Shown in pieces: positions 1 to 13,009 of a stretch of DNA of 64,000 nt; within the stretch, counting starts at the first letter, position 1, and the number at the start of each line of letters is the position of its first letter. This DNA is from Chiloscyllium plagiosum. Lineage: Eukaryota. Position numbers and translations under genes: made by a program. Location: positions 13,242,586 through 13,306,585 of the forward strand of contig NC_057733.1 of the NCBI RefSeq assembly GCF_004010195.1, written 5' to 3'. The notes under the pieces were generated by a model. The model had not been told where the DNA came from. It did no database searches and saw only the letters and a program-made list of their open reading frames with translations.

Positions 1-96
1 TCTATCATTCATTGACACGAGTTTCCCTCCTGCCCCTGCTCATCGACCCTGAGTGCACTCTGTTCAGGGTTGAATATCCGCTGGTCTCTAACTCAC

Positions 97-237
97 CGCC
101 GGGGTTGCTGCCGCCAAGTTCCGGGGTGTGAGCTGCTGCCTGGAGCCGAAGTGGAACGGGGTATCGGGGAAAGCCTGGCGGCCCCAGACCCTGGAGAGAG
201 CTCTGCCCCGGCTCCAGAGCTGCACCATCAGCGCCAT
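97..237 (-). CDS. SCO1: Probable first coding exon of SCO1 (cytochrome c oxidase copper chaperone), encoding a mitochondrial targeting peptide; the rest of the gene lies left of the window
   Basis: ATG at 237 reads MALMVQLWSRGRALSRVWGRQAFPDTPFHFGSRQQLTPRNLAAATPA (47 codons, Arg-rich, one acidic residue) and ends at a strong phase-0 donor GCG|GTGAGT, in CpG-rich sequence. The identity rests mainly on the known head-to-head SCO1/ADPRM synteny; the conserved SCO domain is not in the window. Confidence 0.55.
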
Positions 238-2124
238 ACACACACACCCGGAAAGAGAGTGAGAGCCTCCTCCCACCAACAACACTGGAACAACATCCTC
301 TGTGCAGAAAGGTTGCACTTCCTGCAGCATCACAGAGCATTTGACACAGTAAACATCTGAATGGAAACAGCGTTTGGTGTTAGAAAGTCAGGAGAAAAGA
401 TGCTCCTCAGAGAGTTGGGGCCAGACGATGGGCTGATTGGCCCCCTCCTTTATTTCTGTGATTCTGTTGGATGTGCCTGCACAAATTTGATTAAAAGGGA
501 ATATTTTGGGGAGGGAAACAGTCTTATCAGGCCAGTCAAGTACATTGTTAGAAGAGAAGTATTGAAATGTAATAATCACTTTCCGGATCACTTCATTTTA
601 CTGTTCACCTTATAGTTCCTAGTTAACCCACACAGAAGGGTGAAACTAAGAGTCATAGAATCAGCGAGATGTGCAGCACGGAAACAGACCGTTCAGTAAA
701 CATTTAACACTCCAAATTTAAGTTGCATTGAGTCTTCAAAATGATGAGACGGTCCAAAGAGTACGGAGGGAAAGACCGTTGTCACTGGCAAATGAATCAA
801 GTGCCCAGAGATCACCAGTTTAAGGTTATTGGCAAACTGACCAAAGACAAAAATTCCTGTATCTAGTGAGTGCTTAAGAGAATCTAGGATAAAGAGACAA
901 CATCGGAGAAACTATGTTGGTCTGGCTGTATTTGTGGTGAGAGAAACAAAGTTAACGTTCCAAGTCTGGTATGACTAGTTTCAAAGATCATATCAGATTC
1001 GAAATGTTAACTGTTCCTCTCTCGACAGATACTGCCAGACCTGCAGAGTTTCTCCAGTATTTTCTGTGTTTGTTCCAGATTCCACAATACTGTATTTCTC
1101 CTGTATTTGAGGATTTAGTTTACATTTCCTGAGAGTGTGGTGGAGGTATTTTTAAAGGAGCATTGGATTGTCAGAGGATTATGGGGAAGAGGTAGGACAG
1201 TTGCAGTCAGTGAATTGCCCCTTGCAGAGACAATATAGGTACAACAGGCATAATGTCTGTGAAACATTGCTACAACAGCAAAATGTAAGTCCCCAGTTGA
1301 CCTCACTTTGCTATTCACTGTATATACAAACTTATCAGTCTGACTGTATATGTTCAAATTCCAAAATGTTCATATTTCAAAAGGTGTGTTTATTTCAATC
1401 AATATTATTTCCACTCCTTCTCAGTTTTAGATCAGGTAAAGCTTCCATACAGCAAATATTTTTGAAGTTTCTTCTTCCTTCCCAAAAACAAAGAAAAATG
1501 AGAAACAAACTTAAAAGAGAAATAATCATCACAATCGGCCCAAAATGTAGAAACATTTTATAAAATAAGCCGGTTGTTGCTAATCCTGGGGTTGGTCTAG
1601 GGACATCAGGAAAACTCCACTGTTTTCTAAAGTGGGCAACATTATGTCACTGGAGGAGCAAATTACTGCAGATGCTGAAATCTGTGTTGAAAACAATAAA
1701 TGCTGGAGATCACAGCGGTTCAGGCAGTATTCCTGGAGAGAGAAGCTAATGTGAGAATGGTGTGTCTAACTACCAGACTGGAAAGAACAGTCCCCCTGGG
1801 GTAGGGGGAGGGGAGAGAGGACATGGTGACAGAGAATGTAATAAGTAAAGCAAAAACAAAGGGAAGAAATGGGAGTGGGTTCACAATCTGAAGGTGTTAA
1901 ACTCAACTTTAATGCCAGAAGTGAAACCAGGCGGACAGCAGCTAAAATGAACAAAACAGCAGATTAAGCACAAGGAAAAGTATTAAATGTTGAGATTTTG
2001 TGTGAAATGCTCCTGATTTAGCCCTAATCCAGACTGCCAATTGAGAATGAAGTGTTGATATAATTAGGCCTAGGACTATCGTAAAGACCTTGCACAAATT
2101 CAGCAGTTAACCCTGGAGCTGATT

Positions 2125-2460
2125 GTTTCCGGCCAGCATTTTCACAGGATCAGAAATGCTGACGTCACGGCGGACACACTTCCGGGTGTCAACAGGAGGC
2201 GAGGCTATAGGGGGAGGGACTCCGGAGCGGGCGGGGCTGGCAGGGACGCGGAGGTGGGGCTGGTCTGGCGGTGACGCGGAAAGGAGCGGGGCGGGGTTTG
2301 ATGGTGACGCGAAATGCGTGGCGGGCCAGGCGGAGACGCGACAGGAGGCGGGTGGGCAGGGCTAGAAGTGGGGCGGGGCTGGCGGTTATCGGTTGGCTCC
2401 GACCGTTGGGCCGAGGCGGGTAAGTGGAGCAGTTGGCGTCTTAGTGAGTGGACTCATCGG
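2125..2460 (+). promoter_or_regulatory. CpG-island promoter and non-coding first exon of ADPRM copy A, possibly shared with divergent SCO1
   Basis: GC/CpG-rich island in an AT-rich background. It contains a CRE TGACGTCA (2160-2167), an ETS/GABP-type CACTTCCGGG (~2177), many GGGCGG GC boxes and a strong donor CGG|GTAAGT with exon end at 2419. Confidence 0.7.
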
Positions 2461-3256
2461 GGAGAGAAATTCACAGACGGGGTTAATATTATGGGGTGTT
2501 TCGGGTGTAGTATTATGGAATTCTTCTCCTCATGGGGACTGAGCATGGTTACAGCATAGATGGGGGCCATTCGGCCCGTTGTCCCTGGGCTTGCCCTCTG
2601 AGTTAGCAAATGCCGTAATACCACGTTGTTTTTTCTGTAGCTGTGCATGTTGTTTTTTGGCTATAGTCCATTTCCTGCTCCTGCCTTCACCACACTCTTC
2701 ACTCCTTAACCAACTCATAAGTGAAAATATTTCCCTTTAATTGCTGCTTTTCCCAGTTACTCTAAAATCTGTAACCTTGAATTCTCAAATATTTTACAAG
2801 AGGGAGTTATTCCCCCCTACTTACTCTATCTGGCCCGTGATGATCTTCTATCAAATCTCCTTTTAGTTAGCACTTCTCTGGAAAATTTAATGATTAGATA
2901 ATGGCCATTGAGTCCTAACTGTTTCACTTGGGTGTATGTGCAACAACCACTGGGCCATTGCCAGTGTGATGGAGCAGGTTTGATAGTCTGACTTATCTGC
3001 TGCACCTCCTTTTTCTTGCGTTCTTGAAGCCTTTTGTAGGATAGGATAACTGAGCTTCGGCATGTTTTACGTGTGAGCTGAAATTTGGAGAGGTTGAAGG
3101 ATGGAAGGACAAAAATGTAATAATTGAATTTCAAAGTAAAAATAGTACAAGTGAAATGATTGAACTGTTCAACAAGTTTTGGTAACTCTGGTTTTGACCA
3201 AATGGGATTAGCTGTCTAGGAATATGGGAAAAGGAATAGGACCATTCAGCCTATTA

Positions 3257-3716
3257 GAGCTGAAAATGTGTTGCTGGAAAAGCGCAGCAGGTCAGGCAGC
3301 ATCCAAGGAGCAGGAGAATCGACGTTTCGGGCATGAGCCCTGAAGAAAGAGATTTGATAGAAGAAGGGCTCATGCCCGAAACGTCGATTCTCCTGCTCCT
3401 TGGATGCTGCCTGACCTGCGCTTTTCCAGCAACACATTTTCAGCTCTGATCTCCAGCATCTGCAGTCCTCACTTTCTCCTAGAAGATATAGCCTATTAAA
3501 CCTGCTCCGCAATCCAAAATGATGAACAATTTGGAGAAAGTGAGGAATGCAGATGCTGGAGATCAGAGGTGAGAGTGTGTTGCTGGAAAAGCACAGCAGG
3601 CAAAGCAGCATCCGAGGAGCAGAAGAATCAGGAAAGGGCTTATGCCCGAAACGTCGATTCTTCTGCTCCTCAGATGCTGCCTGACCTGCTGTGCTTTTCC
3701 AGCAACACACTCTTGA
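3257..3716. mobile_element. Two adjacent palindromic Penelope-terminus-derived insertions inside a CR1 3' end
   Basis: Inverted arms TGCTGGAAAAGC(A/G)CAGCAGG...GAAACGTCGATTC...CTTTTCCAGCA. The first copy is flanked by direct repeat AGCCTATTA (3248-3256, 3490-3498). Confidence 0.75.
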
Positions 3717-3719
3717 CTG

Positions 3720-4430
3720 ATAATGAATAGTTGGAACTTCAATGCCAGTTACCCAACTATCCCCACACCAATGCCAAAGGTAATCTGTAAACTGCCAAAA
3801 GCACCTTTCAATGTAGTCAAAGACTGAGATTTCCCAGCCATCTGTGCCGGAGAATTTCAAAGATTTACAACTTGGTGAATAAAAAAATTCACCTTGTCTC
3901 ATCCTAAATTGGATCCAACTTATTTTTAAATTGTACCCCTGATTCAAGATTCTCCAGCCAGATAAAACGTCTTACCCATATTTACCTTATTTATCCCCTT
4001 ATGTATTTTATAAAATTCAATGCAATCGCCTCTTATTCTTCTAAATTCCAGAGAATACAGGTTAGATTTGACCAATCTCTCTCCAGAGGACAGTCCCTGT
4101 GTCCTGTGAACAAGTCTGATGACTCTTTGTTGCACTCCTTCTATGGTAATACCAAACTCTTACACAGTTGAAACAAGTTTTCATTACGCCATACTTTAAT
4201 CCTCTTGTGATAAAGGCTACCATTCCATTAGCCTTCCTAATGGCTTGCTGCACCTGCATATTAGCCATGAATGACTTATTGATAAGGAACCTCAGTTCCT
4301 TTGATATATACTTTCCAAATAAGAAGTACTCTGCGCATCTATTCCTCCTACTAAAGTGGATGATCTCGCATTTTTCCAAATTATATTCAATTTCTTGCAA
4401 ACTCAAAGTTTGTCCAAATCCCATTAACAC
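3720..4430 (-). mobile_element. Decayed CR1/HER1-type LINE 3' fragment
   Basis: Minus-strand translations YNLEKCEIIHF, QVQQAIRKANGMVAFITRG and LYSLEFRRIRGD are typical of the CR1 ORF2 C-terminus; frameshifted. Confidence 0.85.
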
Positions 4431-5076
4431 TGTTTCACATCTTCCTCACAGCACGCATTTCTGCTTAGCTTCAGGACACCTGAGGAACTCCACGCTATAG
4501 AAGAGGATGAGGCCGATAATAAAAAGTGTCTTTACATAACAAGATAGATATATTTAGGGAGAAAGTGGATTTTTATTTGGCAAACTTTTTTTTAAGAGCT
4601 GTTATTGTAAAATCCTCCTGTTTTTGCCCACATATCTGCATTACCTCCTTTTTATAGGCAGCATTTACATGAGATAAATATCAAACAGAAGCAGAAATTG
4701 CTGGAGACACTAAGCAGGTCTGTTAACTCTGACTTCTTTCCACAGATGCTATCGTCTCAGGTCCAGTGACCCTTCTTTAGAACCTGAAACATTAGCTCTG
4801 CTTTCTCTCCACAGATGCTGCCAGACCTGCTGAGTTTTCCAGCACATTCTACTTTTATTTCTGATTTCTGGAATGCACAGTTCTTTTTTTTGTTAACATT
4901 AGATTAATGTTGAATGTCTCAGGAACAGCAAATTGACACAAAGGTATGTTCTACAACCTGTGTACTCCATCTTTGCGCCGTAGACATAGTCCGTCTTATT
5001 AAATCCAGGTGACTGTTCTCAGCTACTGCTTTTGTTTTTAAGATGGTGGGCATGTGCAAGTGAAATATTTAAAAGG

Positions 5077-5686
5077 ATGGAGACTGAAGCAGCAGAAGTC
5101 AACCTGTGTTTTACTTTTGGAGTCATAGCAGACATTCAGTATGCTGACACAGAGAATGGCTTCAATTATTCAAGGACAAGAGAACGTTACTATAGAAACA
5201 GCCTCCAGTTACTCCGCAGTGCTCTTCAAGAATGGAATGAAGAAGTGATCACTCCCAGGTTTATTCTGCAGCTTGGTGACATCATTGATGGATGCAATTC
5301 ACAGCTAAAGTCGTCAGATCATGCACTTCAAGTGGTCATAAATGAATTTGCAAAGTCTCTGTCTCCAGTTCACCATATCTGGGGAAATCATGAATTTTAT
5401 AATTTTAACAGGGAGCAGCTACTTAACTCATCTCTCAATAGCAAACACTTAGGAAATGGCAAACTCTTTGACAATGGAGACAGTAACATTAAATCAGACT
5501 TGGACCCTGATGATCCTGATGCCTTTTATGGCTACCATTTTAGTCCATTTCCTAAATTCCGCTTCATATTAACTGACACATACGATCTCAGTGTTCTGGG
5601 AAGGAAAAAGGATAGCAAGAAACATCGCTATTCGCTACAGAAACTGAAATCAAACAACAGAAATGAAAATCTTAATAGCCCCAAAG
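5077..5686 (+). CDS. ADPRM: ADPRM copy A, coding exon 1 (Mn-dependent ADP-ribose/CDP-alcohol diphosphatase, metallophosphoesterase fold)
   Basis: Acceptor ttgtttttaag at 5042, ATG at 5077. Motifs FGVIADIQYAD, RYYR, LQLGDIIDG, HHIWGNHEFYNF, FPKFRFIL, NENLNSP. Phase-1 donor AAG|GTAAAC. 610 nt. Confidence 0.95.
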
Positions 5687-6350
5687 GTAAACAGTTATTT
5701 TACTGTGTGTTTGTCGTACAATTTTGGTTTTGCTTTGTGTGCACTTCCTGTTGATGTTTTCCATTTCAAAAAGGCCAATGGTTAGCTTTAAAATGGAACA
5801 ATCTGTAAAATGGAATGAATTGTGTAAAATAGAGCAGTCTGTATAACATGATGTGTAAAAGCTATTGCGGTTGTAATTACAACTTGCCCTCATGAAGGCG
5901 CTGCACGACCGTATCAGCCAGAGAATGTAATTAGGTTGTCACTAGTTTATAGAGAGTTCCCATTATATTGTGTACATAGGGATTTACAATGGAAATTTAA
6001 AAATGTAGTATTGCTACCAACAAACCATTTTTACTGACCCAAAAACTCATATGTAAGCATATTCAAAATATATGTTGACACCCCTGAAGTACCATCGCCA
6101 CTCCATTCTAAGTCATGTGGGGCATCTGTTTGTTTTTGGACAATAGTCATACGTTGTATTTGCTGTGTTAGCAGATGCTGAGATACTTTCAGAATTCAGT
6201 TATTAGTTTGTTTATGTGAAATTGCAAGCTTCAAAAATAGCAAAATGCATAAACATTGCTACAAATTAAAAGATATATAATTAATAACGATCAATACAAG
6301 TGGCTCAATGTAAGTTGAAAACGTATTAGTTGCATGTATTTGATTGACAG

Positions 6351-6473
6351 GTCTCGATGGACTGAATTCACGCTTTCTGGCATTCAATGGAGGTTTCAGT
6401 CAAGAACAGATGGAATGGCTAAACAAGATACTCACTTTCTCTGATAATAACCAGGAAAAGGTTACAGTTATTG
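6351..6473 (+). CDS. ADPRM: ADPRM copy A, coding exon 2
   Basis: ttgacag| (G)[40 protein letters not shown] |gtaagt; 123 nt, phase 1-1; FNGGFS.EQ..WL motif typical of ADPRM. Not in the ORF track; translated by hand. Confidence 0.95.
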
Positions 6474-7458
6474 GTAAGTAATTACATTCTTGATAAATTA
6501 GGAGATATAGTTTCAGTAACAAAAAAAGAAATTGCTGGCAAAACTCAGCAGGCCTGGCTGCATCTGTAGGGAGAAAGAGGGTTAACATTTCGAATCCAGT
6601 GGCTATTCATTGGAACTCATCAGTTTTTGTTTTAAATATTCAGCATCTGCAGTAATTTGTTTTATTATATATTTTCAGTAACTAGGTTTATCATGTATTT
6701 GTTTTAATGGTAATCTTGGTTTAAATAAATCAGACTTGTTTTCTTGGAGTAGAAATGATGTGTGAATACCAAAACGAAGAGAATCATTAAATCTGAAAGG
6801 CAACTTTAAAAACCAATCCTGGATCTAAGGATGTTATTGTATAGCAGATATGATCTTTGATGAGTAGTATCATGAGCAGGTGATAGGTGCAAGTTTCCTG
6901 CCTCTTTTTGTTTGCAGCGAGTTACATTCCTTCTTTTCTGTGTTCAGGAGTCAGCTCATCCCCTTTATTGCCACTTTGGAAATAAGTCCAAAAACATCTC
7001 TTGCACAGCATTAATATAACGGCATGCTAGAAATGTTCTTCGAACACAAAAGTTAAAGTTTTAGTTGAATTATGTGTGTGTCTTGTGGTAGCTCCTTTGT
7101 TACGGTAGTTAGTTTAGTTCCTCTGACATTTCTGTGTAATCTTGTACAAAAACAGACCTATGCACTTGAAGTTTTATTTTAATACTCTGATCATTGTTGA
7201 GACTGATGTGACCACCGATTGCAAGTAGAGTATAAATTGTGTCAGGCACTTGCATAATTTATGTCTTTCCCACAAGTTATGTGTACGATTCATTTAGATT
7301 TCTACTTGGATTTACTTGAAAAGTATAGACAGTGGCAATATATATGAAGTTGAAGTCCAGCAGACCTTGAGATAAACTTGTAGGTCAAATTAGGCACTGT
7401 TTTCTGTTCTGAGGCAAATATTTCTCTCAGTATATTTTCTGAGAATTGGAAGCATATA

Positions 7459-7805
7459 GGGCAGCACTGTGGCTCTGTGATTAGCACTGCTGTCTCACTG
7501 CACCAGGGACTCTGGTTCGATTCCTCCTTGGCAATTGTCTTTGTGGAGTTTGCATCATTCACCCTATGTCTTTTCGTGATTCTGTCTAGCGTGGGTTTTA
7601 TCCCACAATCCAAAGGTGTGCAAGTTAGGTGGATTGGCCATGCTAAATTGCCCATAGTATCCAGGGTTGTGCAGGCTAGGTGGATTAGCCATGGGAAATG
7701 CAGGGTTACAGGGATCGTGTTGGGGAACAGGCCTGGGGTGGCATGCTCCTCAGATGATCAGTGTGGACTTGGTGGGCCAAATGGCCTGCGTCCACAATGA
7801 TTCTA
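7459..7805 (+). mobile_element. HE1-type tRNA-derived SINE
   Basis: GGGCAGCACTGTGGCTC...TTAGCACTGCTG (A box), GGTTCGATTCC (B box), central GGAGTTTGCA...TGGCCATGCTAAATTGCCC, CR1-like tail. Confidence 0.8.
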
Positions 7806-8034
7806 TGAATTAAAAATAATTTCTTCTGTTCCATTCTTGTACATCTTACAGCTCACCACCACCTTCTCAAGGGCAGTGAAGTACGGGTAATGAATGCTGG
7901 TCTGCCAGCAACACCCAAATCCCCCCCAAGTCAAACAAAAATTAGCTGAGAAGACATTGAACTCATTCTTATCACAGAAACTTACAATTATGGGTACTGA
8001 GCCTTGACTTGTATCGATACTTGTTTTCACATCC

Positions 8035-9140
8035 TCAGGATCCTTACTCACAATTCTTCTGCCTCCACCGCATCTGCTCCCAGGAGGACCAGTTCCACCA
8101 TAGAACACTCCCAGATGGCCTCCTTCTTCAAGGACTGCAATTTCCCCTTCCACGTGGTCAACGATGCTCTCAGCGCATGTCCTCCACTTCACTTACCTCT
8201 GTCCTTGAAACCCACCCCTTCAATTGCAACAAGGACAGAAACCACTGGTCCTCACCTTCCACCCCCACCAACCTCCGGATACACCAATCCTCCACCATTT
8301 CCGCCACCTACACACAGATCCCACCTCCAGGGATCTATTTCCCTCCCCACCCCTTTCAGCATTCCACAGAGATCATTCCCTCTGCGACTCCCTTGTTAAG
8401 TCCATGACTCCCATCCTCTACTCCTGGCCCCTTCCCTTGCCAGTGCAAGAAGTGCAAAACCTGCGCCCACACCCCCCTACTCACCACTGTCAAAGGCCCC
8501 AAAGGATCCTTCCAAATCCAACAGAGATTCACCTGTACTTCCACACACATCATCTACTGTCAGTTGCTGTCTGTGTCGTTTTCTCAACCTTGGGGAGATA
8601 GGACGCCAACTTGAAGAACGTTTCAGAGAATCTCTGGGACGCAAGCACTAAACAACCCCACTGCCAAATGCTTTAACTCCCCCTCCTACTCAGCCAAGGA
8701 CGTGCAAGTCCTGGGCTGCCTCCACATCCAAACTCTAGCCACCCAATGCCTGGAGGAAGAACGCGTCATCTTCCACCTTGGGACCCTCCAACCTCACCGA
8801 ATCAATGTAGATTTCACCAGTTTTTTCTTTCCCCCTCCCTCCACTTATTCCAGAGCCAGTCTTCCAACTTGGTATCTCCCTCTTGACCTGTCCTACGTGT
8901 CCATCTTCCTTTCCACCTATCCGCTCTGATCTATCACCATCTCCCCCTATCTCCCCCCTACCTCCATCTACCAATTGCAATCCCAGCTACCTTACCTAGC
9001 ACCACCCCCTTCCATTTATCCATCAGTACCCTTAGATCACTTCCCCATTCCTAATGAAGAGCTTATGCTTGAAATGTCAACTCTTCTGCTCCTCAGATGC
9101 TGCCTGACCAGCTGTGCTCTTCCAGTACCACATTCTTCGA
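8035..9140 (+). mobile_element. Penelope-like element fragment (RT thumb, CxxC linker, GIY-YIG, terminal repeat), decayed
   Basis: Frameshifted pieces MASFFKDCNFP, PLVLTFHP, CQCKKCKTC, EEERVIFHLGTLQPHRINVDF; homologous to the element at 21720-24010. Confidence 0.85.
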
Positions 9141-10149
9141 TGACATTCCCAGGATACCCCTGAAGTACTTTACAACCAAAGGATTCTCTTTTGAATAGAG
9201 CAATTTTGCATAAGCAGCAAGTGCATGGCTAGATGATTGGCTCTAGTGTTGCCGATTGCAACTCCAGTGCTTTCTGATGTCCCTATACCAAGGCCAGTTA
9301 GGGATGGGCGATGCCCAGATCCATTACCTTTTTGTTTTGAAAGCCTAGGTTAAGAAATTTTGTCCATGGTGAGCTCAGAACCTTCCAGTTTAGGTGTCAG
9401 TACTATCCATTTTCTGACTTGAACAAGCATGCTAGCAACTGAGCAAAGCTGGCACTAAAAATGCATGCGTAAAAAATTTCAACTGAAAGGACTGCACAAA
9501 ATACATGACATGTCCTCTAACCAAGATATACCTATATTTAGAGTCAAAACTTGAATAAATGCAATAATTCCTTTCCCAGTCAGAAATTATTTCATTTCCT
9601 TTTGCTTACTTATCAGTTTATCAGTCCCTTATTTCAGCACATGATCAAAGTTGACTCTGAAGTTTTGATGAAGTACTGCACCATTGTATTTACTAGCTTC
9701 AGTGTAACATATCATTTAAAGGTCACATATACTGATTGGCAATTCAAGGGGGGTGAAGAAGTTATTTCAGCAGTAAGTTGACTAAAAGATCAACAAAGAG
9801 TTTGCAACTTCTTGGCCAACATTCCTTCCTCAATCAATGCTGCAAAAGTGCAGATTAATTGGTCATATCTGAAGAAAGGTCAAATTCGCTGCTGCAAGCA
9901 AACTTTTAGTCACCCTTACATAAGTGACATTGTAACTTATATTGTGAAATTTCCTTTTCTAGATTTTTAGCAAATTTGCAGTTCAGTTTTTTTCCTATTA
10001 TTCACGTTACCTGCCATTCATCCTATAGGCCAGTCACACGAAAGTCTTGGTATCAATGCAAAGAAACTGCAGTTTCATGTTGATAAGCGAAGTCCTGATG
10101 GTATTACTGCTGGGCAGTTAATCCAGAGATCCTGTTAATGTTCTGAGGG

Positions 10150-11985
10150 CTAGAAGACATAAGGAACAGAAATTATGCCATTCAGTCCATCAAGTCTGCT
10201 CTGCCATTTGGTCATGGCTGATAGATTTTTCAACCCCATTTTCCTGCTTGCTCCCTGTGACCTTTGATCCCCTTGGTAATCAAGAATCTCTCTATCTCTG
10301 TTTTAAATATACTCAGTGACCTGGCCTCCGCAGCCTTCTGTAGCAATGAATTCCATAGATTCACCACTCTCTGGCTGAAGAGGTTTCTCCTTATCTCCAT
10401 TCAAAAGGTCTTTCCTTTACCCTGGACTGTGCCTTTGGGTCCTCATCTCTCCTGCAAACATCTTCCCAACATCCACTCTGTCCAGGCCATTCAATATTCT
10501 GTAGGTTTCAGTCAGATCCCCCTCATCCTTCTGAGCTCCATCAAGTATAGTCCCAGAGTCCTCAAACGTTCCTCATATGTTAAGCCTTTCATTCCTGGGA
10601 TCATTCTCGTGAACCTCCACTGGATCCGCTCCAGGGCCAATACATCTTTCTTGAGGTATGGGGCCCAGAATTTCTCACTGTACTCTAAATGTGGTCTGAC
10701 CAGAGTCTTATAAAGCCTCAGAAGTACATCCCTGCTTTTATATTCTACTCCTCTCTAGATGAATAACAACATTGTATTTGTTTTTCTAACTATCGACTCA
10801 ATCTGCAAGTTTATCTTAAGAGAAACCTGGACTAGGACTCCCAAGTTCCTTTACACTTCAGATTTCTGAATTTTCTCCCTATCTAGAGAATAGTCCATGC
10901 CTCTATTCTTCTTACCAAAGTGTATAACCTCACACTTTCCCATGTTGTATTTTATCTGCCATTTCTTTGCCCACTCTCTTGACCTGTCTAAATCTTTCTG
11001 CAACTTTTCCACTTCCTCGCTACTGCCTGCCCCATCACCTATCTTTGTAACATGTGCAAACATAGCCAGAATGCCCTCAGTTCATTCATCCAGATCATTA
11101 ATGTATAAGATGAAAAGTTGTGGTCCAAACACCAATCCTTGTGGAACACCACTAGTCACTGGCTTCCATCCTGAGAAGAACTCTTTTGTCTCCACTGTTT
11201 GCCTTCTGCCAGCCAGCCAAGCTTCTTTCCATGTTAGTACGTGGCCTGTAACACCATGGACCCTTATCTTACTGAGTAGCTTCCTGTGCGGCATCCTATC
11301 AAAGGCATTCTGTAAGTCCAGATAGATAATATCCATTGGCTCTCCTTGGTCTAACCTGCTCATTCCTCCTCAAAGAATTCTAACAGAGTTGTCAGGTATG
11401 ACCTCCCCTTGATGAAACCATGCTGACTTTGCCCCATTTTACCATGCAGTTCCAAGTATTCAGAAATCTCATCCTTCACAATGGTCTCCAAAGGACTGAG
11501 GTCAGGCTAATTGGCCTATAATCTCCTATCTTTTGCCTTGCTCACTTCATAAATAGAGGGTTTTTACATTAGCAAGTTTCCAATCCTCTGGGTTCCTCCC
11601 TGACTCCAGTCATACCACAAAGATCACTGCTGAAGTCTCCACTATTTCTTCAGCTATCTCCTTCAGAACTCTAGGGTGTAGCCCATCTAGTCCAAGCAAT
11701 TTATCCACTTTCAGATCTTTCAGTTTTTCTAGCACCTTTTTCTTGGTGATGGCTACAGAATTACCTCCATTTGCGCCCCCTCCCGAATGTTTGGGATATT
11801 ATTCGTGTCTTTCACGACTGACACAAAATACTTACTCAGTTCCTCAGCCATTTCTTTGTTCCGCATAACTACTTCTCCAGCAGCATTTTCCAGCAGCCCA
11901 ATGTCCACTTTTGCCTCTCATTTGCTCTTTATATATCTAGAAAAGGTCTTGCAATCTTTCCTAATATTACCGGTTACCTTTCTAG
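10150..11985 (-). mobile_element. CR1/HER1 LINE remnant (RT domain), inserted into an older SINE
   Basis: Minus-strand [38 protein letters not shown] and LQKDLDR...KWQIKYN. Halves of a tRNA-SINE lie on either side (~10085-10150 and ~11985-12200). Confidence 0.9.
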
Positions 11986-12321
11986 GTTAGAATCCTGTTA
12001 GGACCCAGGTTAGAATCCTGCTGTGGCAGATGGTGGAATTTGAATTTAATTAAAATCTGGAATTAAGAGTCTAATGATGACTAGAAAACTTCCATTGTTA
12101 CATGTAACTCTGTTTCCCACAGCAATATGGTTGACTCTTAACTCCCCTCTGGGTAATTAGGGTTGGGCAATAAATTCTGACAAGGTCAACGACAGCATGA
12201 ATGACCTTTTTTTAAAAAAAGCATTACAATGTTTAGGCATGAAATTGCACATATTAAGGTGCTTCTTCATTTTGGCAGTCAGTGTATTGAATAACCTCAG
12301 CTTCATTTTAAGATTTTCTCT

Positions 12322-12665
12322 GAGGAGGCAATGGCCTAGTGGTATTACCACCGGACTCTTCACCCAGAAACCCAGGTAATGTTCTGGGGACCCAGGTTCA
12401 AATCCTGCTGCGGCGATGGTGGAATTTGAATTCAAAAAATATCTGGAATTAAAAGTCTAGCAATCCATTGTTGATTATTGGAAAAACCCATCTAATTCAC
12501 TAATGTCCTTTAAAGAAGAAAACTGCCATCCTTACCTGGTCTGGCCTCTGTGTGACTCCAGACCCACAGCAATGTAGTTAATTCTTAATTGTCCTCGCAG
12601 CAATTAGTGATGGGCAATAAATACTGGCCTAGCTAGCAATGCCCTCATCCCATGAAAGAATAAAA
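12322..12665 (+). mobile_element. tRNA-derived SINE (second family)
   Basis: GCAATGGCCTAGTGGT (A box)...GGTTCAAATCC (B box)...GGTGGAATTTGAATTC; 3' tail GATGGGCAATAAAT...CCCATGAAAGAATAAA; related copies near 46560-46990 and 31335-31600. Confidence 0.75.
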
Positions 12666-13009
12666 CCAAAGCCTATTAATTAACTACAAGTATTAAAATT
12701 AAATCAGGATTTGCATGACATGCCTGAGAAGCAGAGACATCCAGAGTTCTTAAGTTACTATTGTTTAGAGACTAACACATTGTGCGGTAACCTCTTCATT
12801 GTTTTATTGGTCTCAATTTAGTACCTCATATACAGCTGCAGCCATTTTTCTTTTTTTTGACTTGGTTTGACTAAAGTACTGGATGACGTATAGAGTGAAT
12901 TTGTTTATGTATATTTGACCAGGTATGACCAACTCAGTTGAAAGCATGAAAATGTGTATTAGAAAATGAGAAAACGGTAATGTAATTGTAAACTGTTTTC
13001 TTCATGCAG

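Noticed and set aside
5032-5754. ORF-track 240-aa ORF as a stand-alone intronless ADPRM
   Set aside because: It starts at a TTG within the acceptor region and reads through the donor at 5687; the real CDS starts at 5077 and splices to 6351.
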